From Bacteroidota bacterium (GTDB lineage: Bacteria; Bacteroidota; Bacteroidia; Chitinophagales; UBA8649): a DNA stretch of 50,555 nucleotides. Made by a program: the position numbers and the translations under genes. The notes below the pieces were generated by a model that worked only from the letters and a program-made list of their open reading frames with translations, did not search any database and was not told where the DNA came from. How positions within the stretch are numbered: the stretch's first letter is position 1; every line of letters starts with the position of its first letter. Below, in pieces: positions 21,342 to 31,228 of the stretch. The stretch spans positions 1 to 50,555 of the forward strand of contig JAYYPZ010000116.1 in NCBI GenBank assembly GCA_036128775.1, written 5' to 3'.

Positions 21342-22625
21342 ATGGAAAAGATTGTACTAATTGATGGCATGCGAACGCCATTTATGCGAGCTGGTACAAC
21401 CTACATGGATACCATGTCCTATGAATTAGGTCAATTCGCCATTAAAGGATTACTCACAAAAACAGGGATAGATCCTGCCATTGTAGATCAAGTTATTCTT
21501 GGCACCGTCATTTCAAATCTTAAAACGTCCAATGTTGCTCGTGAAGCAGCCTTATCTGGGGGTTTACAAGAGACGACGCCCTGTCACACAGTTACTATGG
21601 CTTGTATATCGGCTAATCGTGCTATTTCCACGGCTGTTGCCGAGATGCTTGCTGGACAATACGAGGTAGCCATAGCTGGCGGAGTAGACTGTACAAGTGA
21701 TACTCCCATCACCTTTCGTAAGGCGATGCAAAAGAAACTCTTTAAAGCCCAAAAGATTAAGTCTATGGGAGATAGCCTAAAGTTCTTAGCCAGTCTAAAG
21801 TTTAAGGATTTTATGCCTGAGCGTCCTCGAGTTGCAGAATACTCCACCAATCGGGTTATGGGACAGGATTGTGATATTATGGCTGCCCGCTTTGAAGTTA
21901 GCCGCTCAGCCCAAGATGAGTTTGCCGTTCGATCGCATCATTTAGCGGAGAAAGCTTGGCAGGACGGTCATTTGGGAAAAGAGGTGGTGGAAGTAGCCCT
22001 TGCCCCCAAATTTCGCTCAGAGCACAAAGACAATGGAATACGCGGAAACTCAAGTATTGAAAAGGTAGGCAAGCTCAGACCGGCCTTTGACAAAAAGTAT
22101 GGCACGCTCACTGCCGCCAATTCCAGTTTCTTAACCGATGGAGGGGCTGTATGCCTTCTTATGACAGAGCGCAAAGCCAAGGAACTCGGACTACCAATTA
22201 AAGCTGAAATTGTAGACTACGTATTTACCGGACAATCGCCCGAAGATGAATTGTTACTAGGCCCAGCATATGCTACCGCCAAGATCTTGCAAAAAACAGG
22301 CATGAAGCTAGAAGACTTTGATGTTATCGAGTTTCACGAGGCCTTTGCAGGACAGATTTTATCTAATCTCAGGGTTTTAGAAGACCCTAAGTATTCCGAA
22401 GGCTTGCTTGGATGGAAAGGCGCAGTCGGTGCGGTAAATATGGACAAGTTTAATCTGTGGGGAGGCTCTTTATCCATTGGTCACCCATTTGGTGCTACTG
22501 GAGCTCGTCTTCTTACGACTTCAGCCAATCGACTTATTCACGAAGATGGACAATATGGACTGATTGCAGCGTGTGCAGCAGGAGCCCATGGACATGCCAT
22601 GATTGTTAAACGATACGCCCAATAA
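21342..22625 (+). CDS. fadI: 3-ketoacyl-CoA thiolase, trifunctional-enzyme beta-subunit type
   Basis: TMACIS catalytic Cys, NSSFLTDGG, HEAFA, GGSLSIGHPFGATG, CAAG. Confidence 0.88.
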   Translation: MEKIVLIDGMRTPFMRAGTTYMDTMSYELGQFAIKGLLTKTGIDPAIVDQVILGTVISNLKTSNVAREAALSGGLQETTPCHTVTMACISANRAISTAVAEMLAGQYEVAIAGGVDCTSDTPITFRKAMQKKLFKAQKIKSMGDSLKFLASLKFKDFMPERPRVAEYSTNRVMGQDCDIMAARFEVSRSAQDEFAVRSHHLAEKAWQDGHLGKEVVEVALAPKFRSEHKDNGIRGNSSIEKVGKLRPAFDKKYGTLTAANSSFLTDGGAVCLLMTERKAKELGLPIKAEIVDYVFTGQSPEDELLLGPAYATAKILQKTGMKLEDFDVIEFHEAFAGQILSNLRVLEDPKYSEGLLGWKGAVGAVNMDKFNLWGGSLSIGHPFGATGARLLTTSANRLIHEDGQYGLIAACAAGAHGHAMIVKRYAQ

Positions 22626-22627
22626 TT

Positions 22628-24781
22628 ATGACTGCTACACCACGATCAAGAGATACGTTCCTACGTATAGTAAAAGAGAATGGCATCGCTACCCTATGGC
22701 TTGACCATCAAGAAGAGAAAATGAATGTCGTTTCTCCCGATATGATGGAAGCCTTGGAATCTGTTTTCGTCGAATTGGAAACCGATGATAGTATACAAGG
22801 TGCTGTAATCATTTCTGCAAAAAAAGACTTTATTGCAGGCGCAGATATTAAATCCTTTGCTATTGAGAAGAAAGGAGATTTCGAACCCATCCAGCGACGC
22901 GGCCATGAAGGGCTTGCACGACTTGAAAACAGCAAAAAGCCTATTGTAGCAGCCATTCATGGTACAGCCTACGGCCTGGGCGTTGAGCTACCCCTCGCCT
23001 GCCATGCGCGTGTGGCAACTAACCACCCATCTACAAAGCTCGCACTTCCCGAAGTCAAGCTTGGATTGCTACCCGGAGGAGGCGGTACTCAGCGTCTTCC
23101 GCGATTAGTGGGTATTCAAAAGGCATTAGACATGATGCTCACGGGAAAAAACATCTTTGCTCGACCCGCTCAAAAAATGGGGTTAGTGGATGTGCTTACC
23201 GACCATCATAAACTCCATACAGTAGCCGTTCAACTTTGCCAAAAGATGGTTGAGGGAAAGTGGCAGCGTAAAAAAGTAAAGAAGTCCCTAATCAATCGAT
23301 TCTTAGATAATACCTCACTTGGTCAACGAATTGTTGTTTCGCAGGCCAAGAAAATGTCAGCTAAACAAACGCAAGGGAATTACCCAGCCGTCCCTGCTAT
23401 CATTGATTGCGCGGAGACAGGGCTAAAGAAGGGCTTACCTGCTGGTTATAATAAAGAGCTCGAACATTTTGAAGCCCTGATGCTTACTCCTGAGAGTGCG
23501 GCATTACGGTACCTCTTTTTTGCTATGTCAGCCAACAAGAAGAATCCTTACAGTGCATCTTTCTCAAAGCTTAATACGCTAGGAATGATTGGTGCTGGAT
23601 TTATGGGAGCGGGAATTGCCGAGGTGAGCATCAATAAAGGAATCGATGTTTTGCTCAAAGACATTGCCCCTGAAGGTATTGAAAAGGCTCGCCAAGGAAT
23701 CTACAAAGGAATAAAAAAGAAGTTATCAAGAAGAGCCATTCGTAAAATAGATGCAGAAGCCACTATGGGGAGGCTCCGTGGTAAATTGGATTACACCGAC
23801 TTCGAGCATTGCGATATCATTATTGAAGCGGTACTTGAGACCATGGATCTCAAAAAGAGAATTATCGATGATATTCAAGCGCACGGTAATCCAGACGTCG
23901 TTATTGCCTCCAATACCTCTTCCCTATCGCTAACTGAAATGGCGAACCATGCTAAACGTCCAGAAAAGGTGATTGGTATGCATTACTTCTCCCCTGTTCC
24001 TAAAATGCCACTACTAGAGATGGTCAAGACGGATAAAACGTCAGAAGAAACCATAGCGGCCTGTTATGATTTCGGCGTACGGCAGGGTAAAACGGTTATC
24101 GTAGTTAATGATGGACCTGGATTTTATGTAAACCGCATCTTAGCGCCGTATCTCAATGAATGTTTGCTCATGATTGACGAAGGGATTAAAATCGATGTAA
24201 TCGATAAGACCTTTAAGAAGCTTGGCTTTCCTGTTGGCCCGATTTCATTGTTAGATGAAGTGGGACTTGATATCGCAGCCCATGTTGCGCAGTCTGCTGA
24301 AGAGGCGTTGATGAAAGAACGCGAGGGATTTGTGGCTAGTGATTCGACAAAGCGCATGTATGAGGCTGGACGACTTGGAAAGAAAAACGGCCAAGGATTC
24401 TATTCGTACAAAGAGGTCAAGGGTCGCATGAAAAAGACCGGAGTAGATCCAAAAGCCTACGATTTCTTCAAAGGAAATGGCGACAAGCAACTTGAACGAA
24501 GTGTAATCGAAGACCGTGCTCTATTGCTTATGATTAACGAAGCAGTTATGTGCCTTGAGGAAGGCATTATTGGTTCAGCAGACGATGGAAACATTGGAGC
24601 TGTGTTTGGTATCGGTTTTCTGCCCTTCTTCGCTGGACCGTTTCGATACATTGACCATTTTGGAGCTCAGAATATCGTGGAACGAATGCGTTCTTTGGAA
24701 GCCCAATATGGCCCGAAGTTTACTCCTCGTCCTATGCTCGTGGAGTATGCTGAGCAGGAGAAGGAGTTTATGGCCTCGTAG
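22628..24781 (+). CDS. fadJ: Fatty-acid oxidation complex alpha subunit (enoyl-CoA hydratase/3-hydroxyacyl-CoA dehydrogenase)
   Basis: FIAGADI, LPEVKLGLLPGGGGTQRLPR, GAGFMGAGIA, SNTSSL, GMHYFSPV, GFYVNRIL. Confidence 0.9.
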   Translation: MTATPRSRDTFLRIVKENGIATLWLDHQEEKMNVVSPDMMEALESVFVELETDDSIQGAVIISAKKDFIAGADIKSFAIEKKGDFEPIQRRGHEGLARLENSKKPIVAAIHGTAYGLGVELPLACHARVATNHPSTKLALPEVKLGLLPGGGGTQRLPRLVGIQKALDMMLTGKNIFARPAQKMGLVDVLTDHHKLHTVAVQLCQKMVEGKWQRKKVKKSLINRFLDNTSLGQRIVVSQAKKMSAKQTQGNYPAVPAIIDCAETGLKKGLPAGYNKELEHFEALMLTPESAALRYLFFAMSANKKNPYSASFSKLNTLGMIGAGFMGAGIAEVSINKGIDVLLKDIAPEGIEKARQGIYKGIKKKLSRRAIRKIDAEATMGRLRGKLDYTDFEHCDIIIEAVLETMDLKKRIIDDIQAHGNPDVVIASNTSSLSLTEMANHAKRPEKVIGMHYFSPVPKMPLLEMVKTDKTSEETIAACYDFGVRQGKTVIVVNDGPGFYVNRILAPYLNECLLMIDEGIKIDVIDKTFKKLGFPVGPISLLDEVGLDIAAHVAQSAEEALMKEREGFVASDSTKRMYEAGRLGKKNGQGFYSYKEVKGRMKKTGVDPKAYDFFKGNGDKQLERSVIEDRALLLMINEAVMCLEEGIIGSADDGNIGAVFGIGFLPFFAGPFRYIDHFGAQNIVERMRSLEAQYGPKFTPRPMLVEYAEQEKEFMAS

Positions 24782-24931
24782 TATATAATGGCTTTTGTTT
24801 TGGGATAGGCCCACCACATCCCGCCTCCCTACGGGGAAGTTCCCATTTACTTTTGACAATGTCAATAGCAAATGACTATTCAGTATTCTTAAGTGTGTAT
24901 CTGTCTGTATGGAGGAGTATCCTAATCCTCT

Positions 24932-25465
24932 CTATTGCGGACAACCGAGCACGATAGGTGCTGTCGTCACAACATTGGATAAGTTTCCCGAGCGATCTTT
25001 GATATATACATCAAAAACAACCGTATCCTGGGCTTGACCAAAAAGAGGCTTACAGGTCAACCCATTAACAAAGAGATCGACTTCCCCAGAGATTGCCTTG
25101 ATATCCCCACTTGGCGTAAGATTAGGCAGGTTCAGTAACACGTAGCAACTATCTCTTTGATCGATTAAAACCACGTCGTAAAACGGATCATTGATACAAG
25201 CAGAATCGGTTGTATAATCACAAAAATTGCCATCTGCACGACAGAAAGGACTTTCCCCTTCTGGCGTTCCTACATCGCCATCACCATCCTGTAAGGTCAG
25301 ATAAAGAGTCACATCATTGTCGACGCCATCAAACGAAACCTCACCAACGTTTAGGAAGCTAATCTCGGGTTCTGGTGGATAGTTGGGATCATTATCATAA
25401 CAAGAGGCTAATCCGAGCAATAAACTCAGTGTAACAGCCACAATTCTTGTTTGTAAGGAATGCAT
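24932..25465 (-). CDS. Hypothetical lipoprotein
   Basis: Lipobox LASC, YPPEPEI, DGDGDVG, IKDRSGNLSN pattern of a common Bacteroidota lipoprotein family. Confidence 0.75.
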   Translation of the reverse strand: MHSLQTRIVAVTLSLLLGLASCYDNDPNYPPEPEISFLNVGEVSFDGVDNDVTLYLTLQDGDGDVGTPEGESPFCRADGNFCDYTTDSACINDPFYDVVLIDQRDSCYVLLNLPNLTPSGDIKAISGEVDLFVNGLTCKPLFGQAQDTVVFDVYIKDRSGNLSNVVTTAPIVLGCPQ

Positions 25466-25512
25466 ACCTGCAATTTACATATTCTTGACTTAGTTCGCTT
25501 TACCTTTATTCC

Positions 25513-26463
25513 ATGAATAAGGAGGTTATTCTTCAACTTTTTAGAAAACAGGCAAGTCAACCTGGCATCTACAAAGATTTTGTAGAACAGCTAGGCATCA
25601 ATGTAGATACTGTCATGGAAGTAGAAGCTATACCTTTTATGCCCGTACAGTTTTTCAAGAACCATGCAATTCATCCAAAGGGCATAACTTCCTTTGACAA
25701 GGTCTTTGAAAGCAGTGGCACAAGCCAATCCACTACGAGCAAGCACTATGTTGCGCATCTCACGCATCATAGAGACCAATGTTTATCGATTTTCAAAGAA
25801 TGCTTCGGTGCCTTAGAGCAATTTCACTTTTTCTCCTACCTCCCCTCCTACTATGCCAATCCCAATTCATCCCTCTTGTACATGGTAGAGTATTTTATGG
25901 AAGGAGCACACCAGACGAAGCATCATTACGACGACTTAAGCGTGTTAAATGCTGATGTAAAGAAAGTCCTGAATGAAAAGGAAAAACAACCCTTTATAAT
26001 TGGGGTCACCTATGCATTACTTGATTGGGCTGAGCAAAATCCAATAGATCTTAAGCACAGCATTCTTGTGGAAACAGGGGGAATGAAAGGACGACGAGAT
26101 CCTATGCATCGAGAAGAATTACACCAAACCCTGCGCAATGCCTTCTCCATTGATTCTATTTACTCTGAATATGGCATGACCGAGTGTATGGGGCAAGCGT
26201 GGTCAACAGATGGTCAAGGCAATTTTGAGGTTAACGCTCAATTTCAGGTCTATATACGTCCAATAAATCAACTGTACACACATGCTAAGCTCGGACAGCG
26301 AGGCGTTATACAAATCGTAGACCTCGGCAATGACAAGTCGTGTGGTGTAAGTTTCTTAGAAACGGAAGATATCGGTGAGATGATTAATGATCGTTGTTTT
26401 AAGGTACATGGTCGAGCCGATGGCTCTGAAGCAAGAGGGTGCAACTTAATGATGGAAGAATAA
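25513..26463 (+). CDS. LuxE-like acyl-protein synthetase/acyl transferase
   Basis: IPFMPVQFFK, FESSGT, SSLLYMV, ETGGMKGRR, SEYGMTE, GRADGSEARGCN. Confidence 0.85.
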   Translation: MNKEVILQLFRKQASQPGIYKDFVEQLGINVDTVMEVEAIPFMPVQFFKNHAIHPKGITSFDKVFESSGTSQSTTSKHYVAHLTHHRDQCLSIFKECFGALEQFHFFSYLPSYYANPNSSLLYMVEYFMEGAHQTKHHYDDLSVLNADVKKVLNEKEKQPFIIGVTYALLDWAEQNPIDLKHSILVETGGMKGRRDPMHREELHQTLRNAFSIDSIYSEYGMTECMGQAWSTDGQGNFEVNAQFQVYIRPINQLYTHAKLGQRGVIQIVDLGNDKSCGVSFLETEDIGEMINDRCFKVHGRADGSEARGCNLMMEE

Positions 26464-26495
26464 CAAATACTAGTCAGAATCAATATCTTGGCCTT

Positions 26496-27278
26496 ATGGA
26501 AGACAACCTACCACTAATTCTTATCACTAATGATGATGGCATAACCGCTCCAGGTATTCGAACCTTAGTGGAGTGTGTTATGCACTTAGGACGCGTTGTA
26601 GTTGTTGCTCCTGACTCACCGCAATCAGGAATGAGTCATGCTGTTACGTTCACTAAGCCTCTATATCTTAAGACCTCTAATGAGTTTAAAGATCTTAATA
26701 TCGAAGCCTACGCCTGTTCAGGAACACCTGCTGATTGCGTAAAATTGGCTAAGGATCAAATCTTTCACAGAACACCCGATTTTTGCTTTTCTGGAATCAA
26801 TCATGGTTCCAATGCCTCGGTAAACATTCTTTACTCAGGTACGATGAGCGCTGCAACTGAGGCCGCTATTGAAGGCATACCCTCTATTGGTTTTTCGCTA
26901 TGCGATCATAGCTGGGACGCCAACTTTAACGCGTCAAGATCAATCATAACGCATTTAGCTGAAAATCTTGTTGAACACAGTCTTCCAGACTATACCTTGC
27001 TTAACGTCAACATTCCAAAAGGATCGGAAGTCAAGGGCATGAAAGTCTGCAGACAAGCAAGAGCTAAATGGGTCGAGCGATATGATAAACGAACTGATCC
27101 TTATGGCAGAACTTATTTTTGGCTTACTGGCGAGTTTGTAAATCTGGATAACGATGGGGGGACTGATGAAGATTATCTTGCTGAAGGATATGCATCCATT
27201 GTGCCAGTTCAATTTGACTTAACCTCCAAAAAGGGTGCTGATTTTATAAACAAACATTGGTTATGGAACGAAGATTAA
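26496..27278 (+). CDS. surE: 5'/3'-nucleotidase SurE
   Basis: ITNDDG, APDSPQSG, SGTPADCV, SGINHGSN, YSGT. Start set at ATG 26496. Confidence 0.95.
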   Translation: MEDNLPLILITNDDGITAPGIRTLVECVMHLGRVVVVAPDSPQSGMSHAVTFTKPLYLKTSNEFKDLNIEAYACSGTPADCVKLAKDQIFHRTPDFCFSGINHGSNASVNILYSGTMSAATEAAIEGIPSIGFSLCDHSWDANFNASRSIITHLAENLVEHSLPDYTLLNVNIPKGSEVKGMKVCRQARAKWVERYDKRTDPYGRTYFWLTGEFVNLDNDGGTDEDYLAEGYASIVPVQFDLTSKKGADFINKHWLWNED

Positions 27279-27589
27279 ACTGGTCAAAAGAACATTTTAT
27301 AGGCTTTGCAATGGGCTTAATTCTACCCTTAATAGGTAGTTACTTGTTCTACACCTTTGGTTGGGGATCGCCAACGCAAAGAGCATTCAAAACTGCACTA
27401 AGTTCTAATTTGCTTCAAGGAATGGACAGGGTCTTAGCCTATGCCTATTTTGTAAAGTTTGGTGTAGTGACCAACATCATACCCTTCTTGATCTTAAACC
27501 AATTGAAAAAAGATCGAATGATGGCTGGTATGATTGGTGCTACACTTATATATGGTGTTGTAATCATCTACTTGATTCTAAGCCAGTAA
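27263..27589 (+). CDS. Small membrane protein (3 TM) between surE and lpxB
   Basis: Hydrophobic segments; overlaps surE and abuts lpxB. Confidence 0.7.
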   Translation: MERRLNWSKEHFIGFAMGLILPLIGSYLFYTFGWGSPTQRAFKTALSSNLLQGMDRVLAYAYFVKFGVVTNIIPFLILNQLKKDRMMAGMIGATLIYGVVIIYLILSQ

Positions 27590-28696
27590 ATGAGACTCTT
27601 TATTCTTGCAGGAGAAGCTTCAGGTGATTTACATGGCAGTCACTTAATGCAAAGCATATATGCAAAGGCTCCTTCTACCGAGATTATGTTTTGGGGAGGG
27701 GATTTGATGACTAATGCAGGTGGAACCTGTGCCATGCACATTCGAAATACCTCGTTTATGGGATTTGTCGAGGTCGTTAAAAATCTTCGAACCATCGGAA
27801 AGTTATTTCGTCTTGCCAAACAGCAAATCAAGGACTTTCAACCCGACGAACTTATTCTTATTGACTATCCAGGATTTAATCTACGCATGGCGAAGTGGGC
27901 TAAGGCGCAAGGGATTCGTGTTACCTATTACATCGCTCCCCAAGTCTGGGCGTGGAAAGAAAATCGGGTAAAAAAGCTAAAGCAGTACACCGACAAACTT
28001 ATTGTTATTCTACCCTTTGAAAAGGAATACTTCAGTCGCCACGGAATCGATGCAGAATACCATGGACACCCGTTGATGGACAACCTTAAACTGCGCGAAA
28101 AGGAGGAGAATTCATTGGCCAACAACCCATCTTTTGTTGACAAACCCATCCTAGCTATTCTACCAGGAAGTCGTAATCAGGAGATTACTAAGATTCTACC
28201 CGTATTTATAGAAGCAGCTGACCAGTTAAATCAATACAAGGTCGTCATAGCGGGTGTTAAGCACTTAGGAGAAGATGTTTATCAAGCTGGCGGCTATAAT
28301 CCAAAACGACATACCTTATTGTACAATCGAACTTATTCTATACTTAATGAGGCCAAGGTTGCCTTAGTAGCTAGTGGGACAGCTACACTTGAAGCGGCCA
28401 TACTCAATACGCCAATGATCGTAGGCTATAAGGGTAATCCTATCTCCTATTGGATTGGAAAACAGCTCGTCAAGGTATCCTATATCTCCTTGGTCAATCT
28501 TATTGCTGATGAAGAAGTAGTTCCTGAGCGCATTCAGCATAACCTGACCCCCTCTCAGATTCTATCTGACCTTAAATCATTGACCGAAGGCCCTGCATCC
28601 ATTCACCAACAAGAGAAGTTTGCCAAGATTTGCGATATGCTCGGAATAGAGGGAGTATCCGATGCCATTGCACAAAGCATCCTAAGCCATAAGTAG
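27590..28696 (+). CDS. lpxB: Lipid-A-disaccharide synthase
   Basis: AGEASGDLHG, IDYPGFN, PQVWAW, LPGSR, ASGTATLE. Confidence 0.97.
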   Translation: MRLFILAGEASGDLHGSHLMQSIYAKAPSTEIMFWGGDLMTNAGGTCAMHIRNTSFMGFVEVVKNLRTIGKLFRLAKQQIKDFQPDELILIDYPGFNLRMAKWAKAQGIRVTYYIAPQVWAWKENRVKKLKQYTDKLIVILPFEKEYFSRHGIDAEYHGHPLMDNLKLREKEENSLANNPSFVDKPILAILPGSRNQEITKILPVFIEAADQLNQYKVVIAGVKHLGEDVYQAGGYNPKRHTLLYNRTYSILNEAKVALVASGTATLEAAILNTPMIVGYKGNPISYWIGKQLVKVSYISLVNLIADEEVVPERIQHNLTPSQILSDLKSLTEGPASIHQQEKFAKICDMLGIEGVSDAIAQSILSHK

Positions 28697-28726
28697 ATTA
28701 TACTCCTATCAATGTCTAGAGTATAT

Positions 28727-28734
28727 TATATTTG
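28727..28734 (+). promoter_or_regulatory. -7 promoter element of tRNA-Ala
   Basis: TATATTTG, 9 bp before the tRNA 5' end. Confidence 0.7.
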
Positions 28735-28743
28735 AGGCCTATT

Positions 28744-28820
28744 GGGGGTATAGCTCAGTTGGCTAGAGCGTTTGACTGGCAGTCAAAAGGCCGGCGGTTC
28801 GAATCCGCCTATCTCCACCA
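28744..28820 (+). tRNA. tRNA-Ala(GGC)
   Basis: GGGGGTATAGCTCAGTTGGCTAGAGCG-TTTGA CT GGC AG TCAAA-...GGTTCGAATCC...TATCTCCACCA; G3-U70 pair; CCA encoded. Confidence 0.97.
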
Positions 28821-28855
28821 AAAAGAAACCCACTCTTTTAAGTGGGTTTCTTTTT
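28821..28855. terminator. Bidirectional terminator after tRNA-Ala
   Basis: AAAAGAAACCCACT-CTTTTA-AGTGGGTTTCTTTTT. Confidence 0.88.
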
Positions 28856-29891
28856 ATTCAAGAATTATTTTTTGCTCCACTGATCCATCATCGTAGATAT
28901 AAATAAGAGGTTGATTTTTTAATCCTTTAGACTCTCTACCCCATATATCGATTACTTGAATCAGTTGTTTGTTTAAATTATGTTCGCTAACTATAGCTGT
29001 AGGACTTATTAAGCCATTAATGTCATATTTTGAAAAAAACTTCCATATCTCTAACGAGGCATTGATATCATAATTTGTAATACCATCATTACTATTGGGA
29101 AGAGCGCTACCAGGCCAAGTATGACCTCCATTAATAATCTTAAGATGCTCAACTCCTACTCCATTTACACCATTCGTCCAATTGTAATGTTCAACGGTGC
29201 TACCATCCATTAAATTGCTATTTGCAATCTGCGTGAAAACAACTTGAGTATCACATTGATTATAATTTACCCAATAAGATATAATACTAGGAATAGATTC
29301 GAAACCTGGCTTGCCATAGTAAATTGAGCTACTATCAGCAACTCCATGAATATGTAAAACAGGGGTTGCGTGAGTAGGGTTACAACTATTCAACATATAA
29401 GAAATGTATGATCCGGCAACAGGTGCTATAGCTGCTATTTTATCTGAAAGCTCACAGGCTAATCTATAACTCATATAAGCTCCATTTGACATACCTGTGC
29501 TATATACCCTATCAGAATCGATATTGTACTCTAGAGACAAACTATCTAGTAGTGATGAAATAAAATCAATATCATTAATTGAAGTTCCCATTTGACCTAC
29601 ATTCCAATGTGTTTCTCCTGAACTATTTAACAAACCTTGAGGATGAACAATAATAAAATTTGCTGTATCAGCTATTAATCTGAAATCAGCACGCCACATT
29701 GCAAGAGCAGAATTACCTGTTAATCCATGAAAGTTAAAAACTAACGGAGTAGGTTGTGAAGGATTATAAATTTCTGGGATATAGGCTGTATAGCTTCTAT
29801 ATAAATTATCATGAATGATACTGTCATTTATTGTTTGTTGCCCATAGATAAAATGAGAAAAAAAAAGAAAGATTGGAAGTAACCATTTCAT
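28854..29891 (-). CDS. Secreted PHB-depolymerase/LpqC family esterase with short atypical T9SS-like tail
   Basis: PLVFNFHG, GMSNGA, NGGHTWPG; tail IDIWGRES...QPLIYIYDDGSVEQKIILE; AT-rich. Confidence 0.85.
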   Translation of the reverse strand: MKWLLPIFLFFSHFIYGQQTINDSIIHDNLYRSYTAYIPEIYNPSQPTPLVFNFHGLTGNSALAMWRADFRLIADTANFIIVHPQGLLNSSGETHWNVGQMGTSINDIDFISSLLDSLSLEYNIDSDRVYSTGMSNGAYMSYRLACELSDKIAAIAPVAGSYISYMLNSCNPTHATPVLHIHGVADSSSIYYGKPGFESIPSIISYWVNYNQCDTQVVFTQIANSNLMDGSTVEHYNWTNGVNGVGVEHLKIINGGHTWPGSALPNSNDGITNYDINASLEIWKFFSKYDINGLISPTAIVSEHNLNKQLIQVIDIWGRESKGLKNQPLIYIYDDGSVEQKIILE

Positions 29892-29940
29892 TCAGCAAGA
29901 ATAATCAATAAATTGCAAAAACAGTTGGAAATAAGGATGC

Positions 29941-30354
29941 CTAGGTCCAGCGACCATAAGGTGTTCCACTGGGAAATACGTCCTCTTTCCAGTATAAGGC
30001 ATCCTCAACCAAGCAGTTGACCGGATTTCCCTCATGAATAGCCGAGTCATTAACGAGCTGAGCGCTTACAAGGAGTGTGTCCGTTAATGGAATATCAAAT
30101 TGAAAGGTGAAAGACTGCTCATCAGTTAAGATGTCTTGGGAAATGACATTTCCCTGTTTATCAGATATGATCCATTCGATGACATTAGAGGTTCTAGGCC
30201 ACGTGAGATAATGTCCAGGATGGTATAAACTGACCATATTGGTATCCGAAACATTTACCAACAATCCCATTTGATCGCATGGAACGGTGGTAACCACCTG
30301 AGCCTCTAGCGTAAGACCAAGGAATACAATGAGTACAGGTAAAATGTTCTTCAT
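29941..30354 (-). CDS. Secreted hypothetical protein, possibly 3'-truncated
   Basis: Signal peptide MKNILPVLIVFLGLTLEAQ; ends abruptly at YGRWT* with no sorting domain. Confidence 0.6.
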   Translation of the reverse strand: MKNILPVLIVFLGLTLEAQVVTTVPCDQMGLLVNVSDTNMVSLYHPGHYLTWPRTSNVIEWIISDKQGNVISQDILTDEQSFTFQFDIPLTDTLLVSAQLVNDSAIHEGNPVNCLVEDALYWKEDVFPSGTPYGRWT

Positions 30355-30367
30355 AGTGATTTTGTAC

Positions 30368-31228
30368 CTACACCTGGTTAGGATGCCATATGGTTTTCGT
30401 TTCCTGAAACCTTTCAATGTAATACGGAGACTGTCCCGTATCCTCGTTCCAATTTGTCCCCCTGTTAATTCGTACTCTTTTCAAATTCTCTACTGAAACC
30501 TTTTCAAGTTCTTGTATTTCTTCATCATGTTCTCCGCAATACGAGACAGCATTTACATCCATATGAGAGGCAAAATGATGAATCAGCTCTTTTCTTGTTC
30601 CTGTTAAAATATTCACGACGCCGTGAGGCACATCTGATGTGTTTAAGACTTCAGCAAAAGAAATACTGACCATCGGATTGTTTTCAGACGATAAAACGAC
30701 ACATGTATTGCCTCCAACAATGATTGGCGCAATCGTAGACACCAACCCTAACAATGCACTTTCATTCGAGGAGATTACGGAAACAACTCCCATAGGCTCC
30801 AATACAGAAAAATTAAAATGATGAGATGCCACCGGGTTAACTGAACTAAATATCTGTTGGAATTTGTCGCTCCAGCCAGCATAGTATATCAAGCGATCTA
30901 TACTTTGTTCCACCTCATCTTTTGCCTTTTGTTTTGACAAGCCCGTCATCATTAACTCATCGATGAATTGCGATTTCCGACCTTCTAACATCTCTGCCAC
31001 TCGATATAGAATCTGGCCCTTATTTAATGCAGAAGCACTTTGCCAAGATTTCTGTGCTTTTCTCGCCGCAACTACTGCATTTCTAAAGTCCTTTCTTGAA
31101 GAAAGACACATGTTCGCCAACAATTTTCCATTGTTGTCTTCGACCTTAAAATATCTTCCGGATTCCGTTCTTGGGAACTTACCTCCGATAAAGATTTTAT
31201 ATGTTTTTAATACATCTAATCTTTCCAT
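30368..31228 (-). CDS. Short aldehyde dehydrogenase-family protein lacking the catalytic domain
   Basis: KTYKIFIGGKFPRTESGR, GQILYRVAEMLEGR, GVVNILTG, NLKRV; no ELGG or catalytic Cys; 286 aa. Confidence 0.85.
   Translation of the reverse strand: MERLDVLKTYKIFIGGKFPRTESGRYFKVEDNNGKLLANMCLSSRKDFRNAVVAARKAQKSWQSASALNKGQILYRVAEMLEGRKSQFIDELMMTGLSKQKAKDEVEQSIDRLIYYAGWSDKFQQIFSSVNPVASHHFNFSVLEPMGVVSVISSNESALLGLVSTIAPIIVGGNTCVVLSSENNPMVSISFAEVLNTSDVPHGVVNILTGTRKELIHHFASHMDVNAVSYCGEHDEEIQELEKVSVENLKRVRINRGTNWNEDTGQSPYYIERFQETKTIWHPNQV

Noticed and set aside
25513-26463. Bioluminescence (lux) system
   Set aside because: A lone LuxE-like gene is routine in Bacteroidota; no luxA/B/C/D is present.
29905-29943. 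Stop-codon readthrough of 29941-30354 into the esterase
   Set aside because: Another in-frame stop follows 11 codons after the TAG, and the esterase has its own signal peptide.
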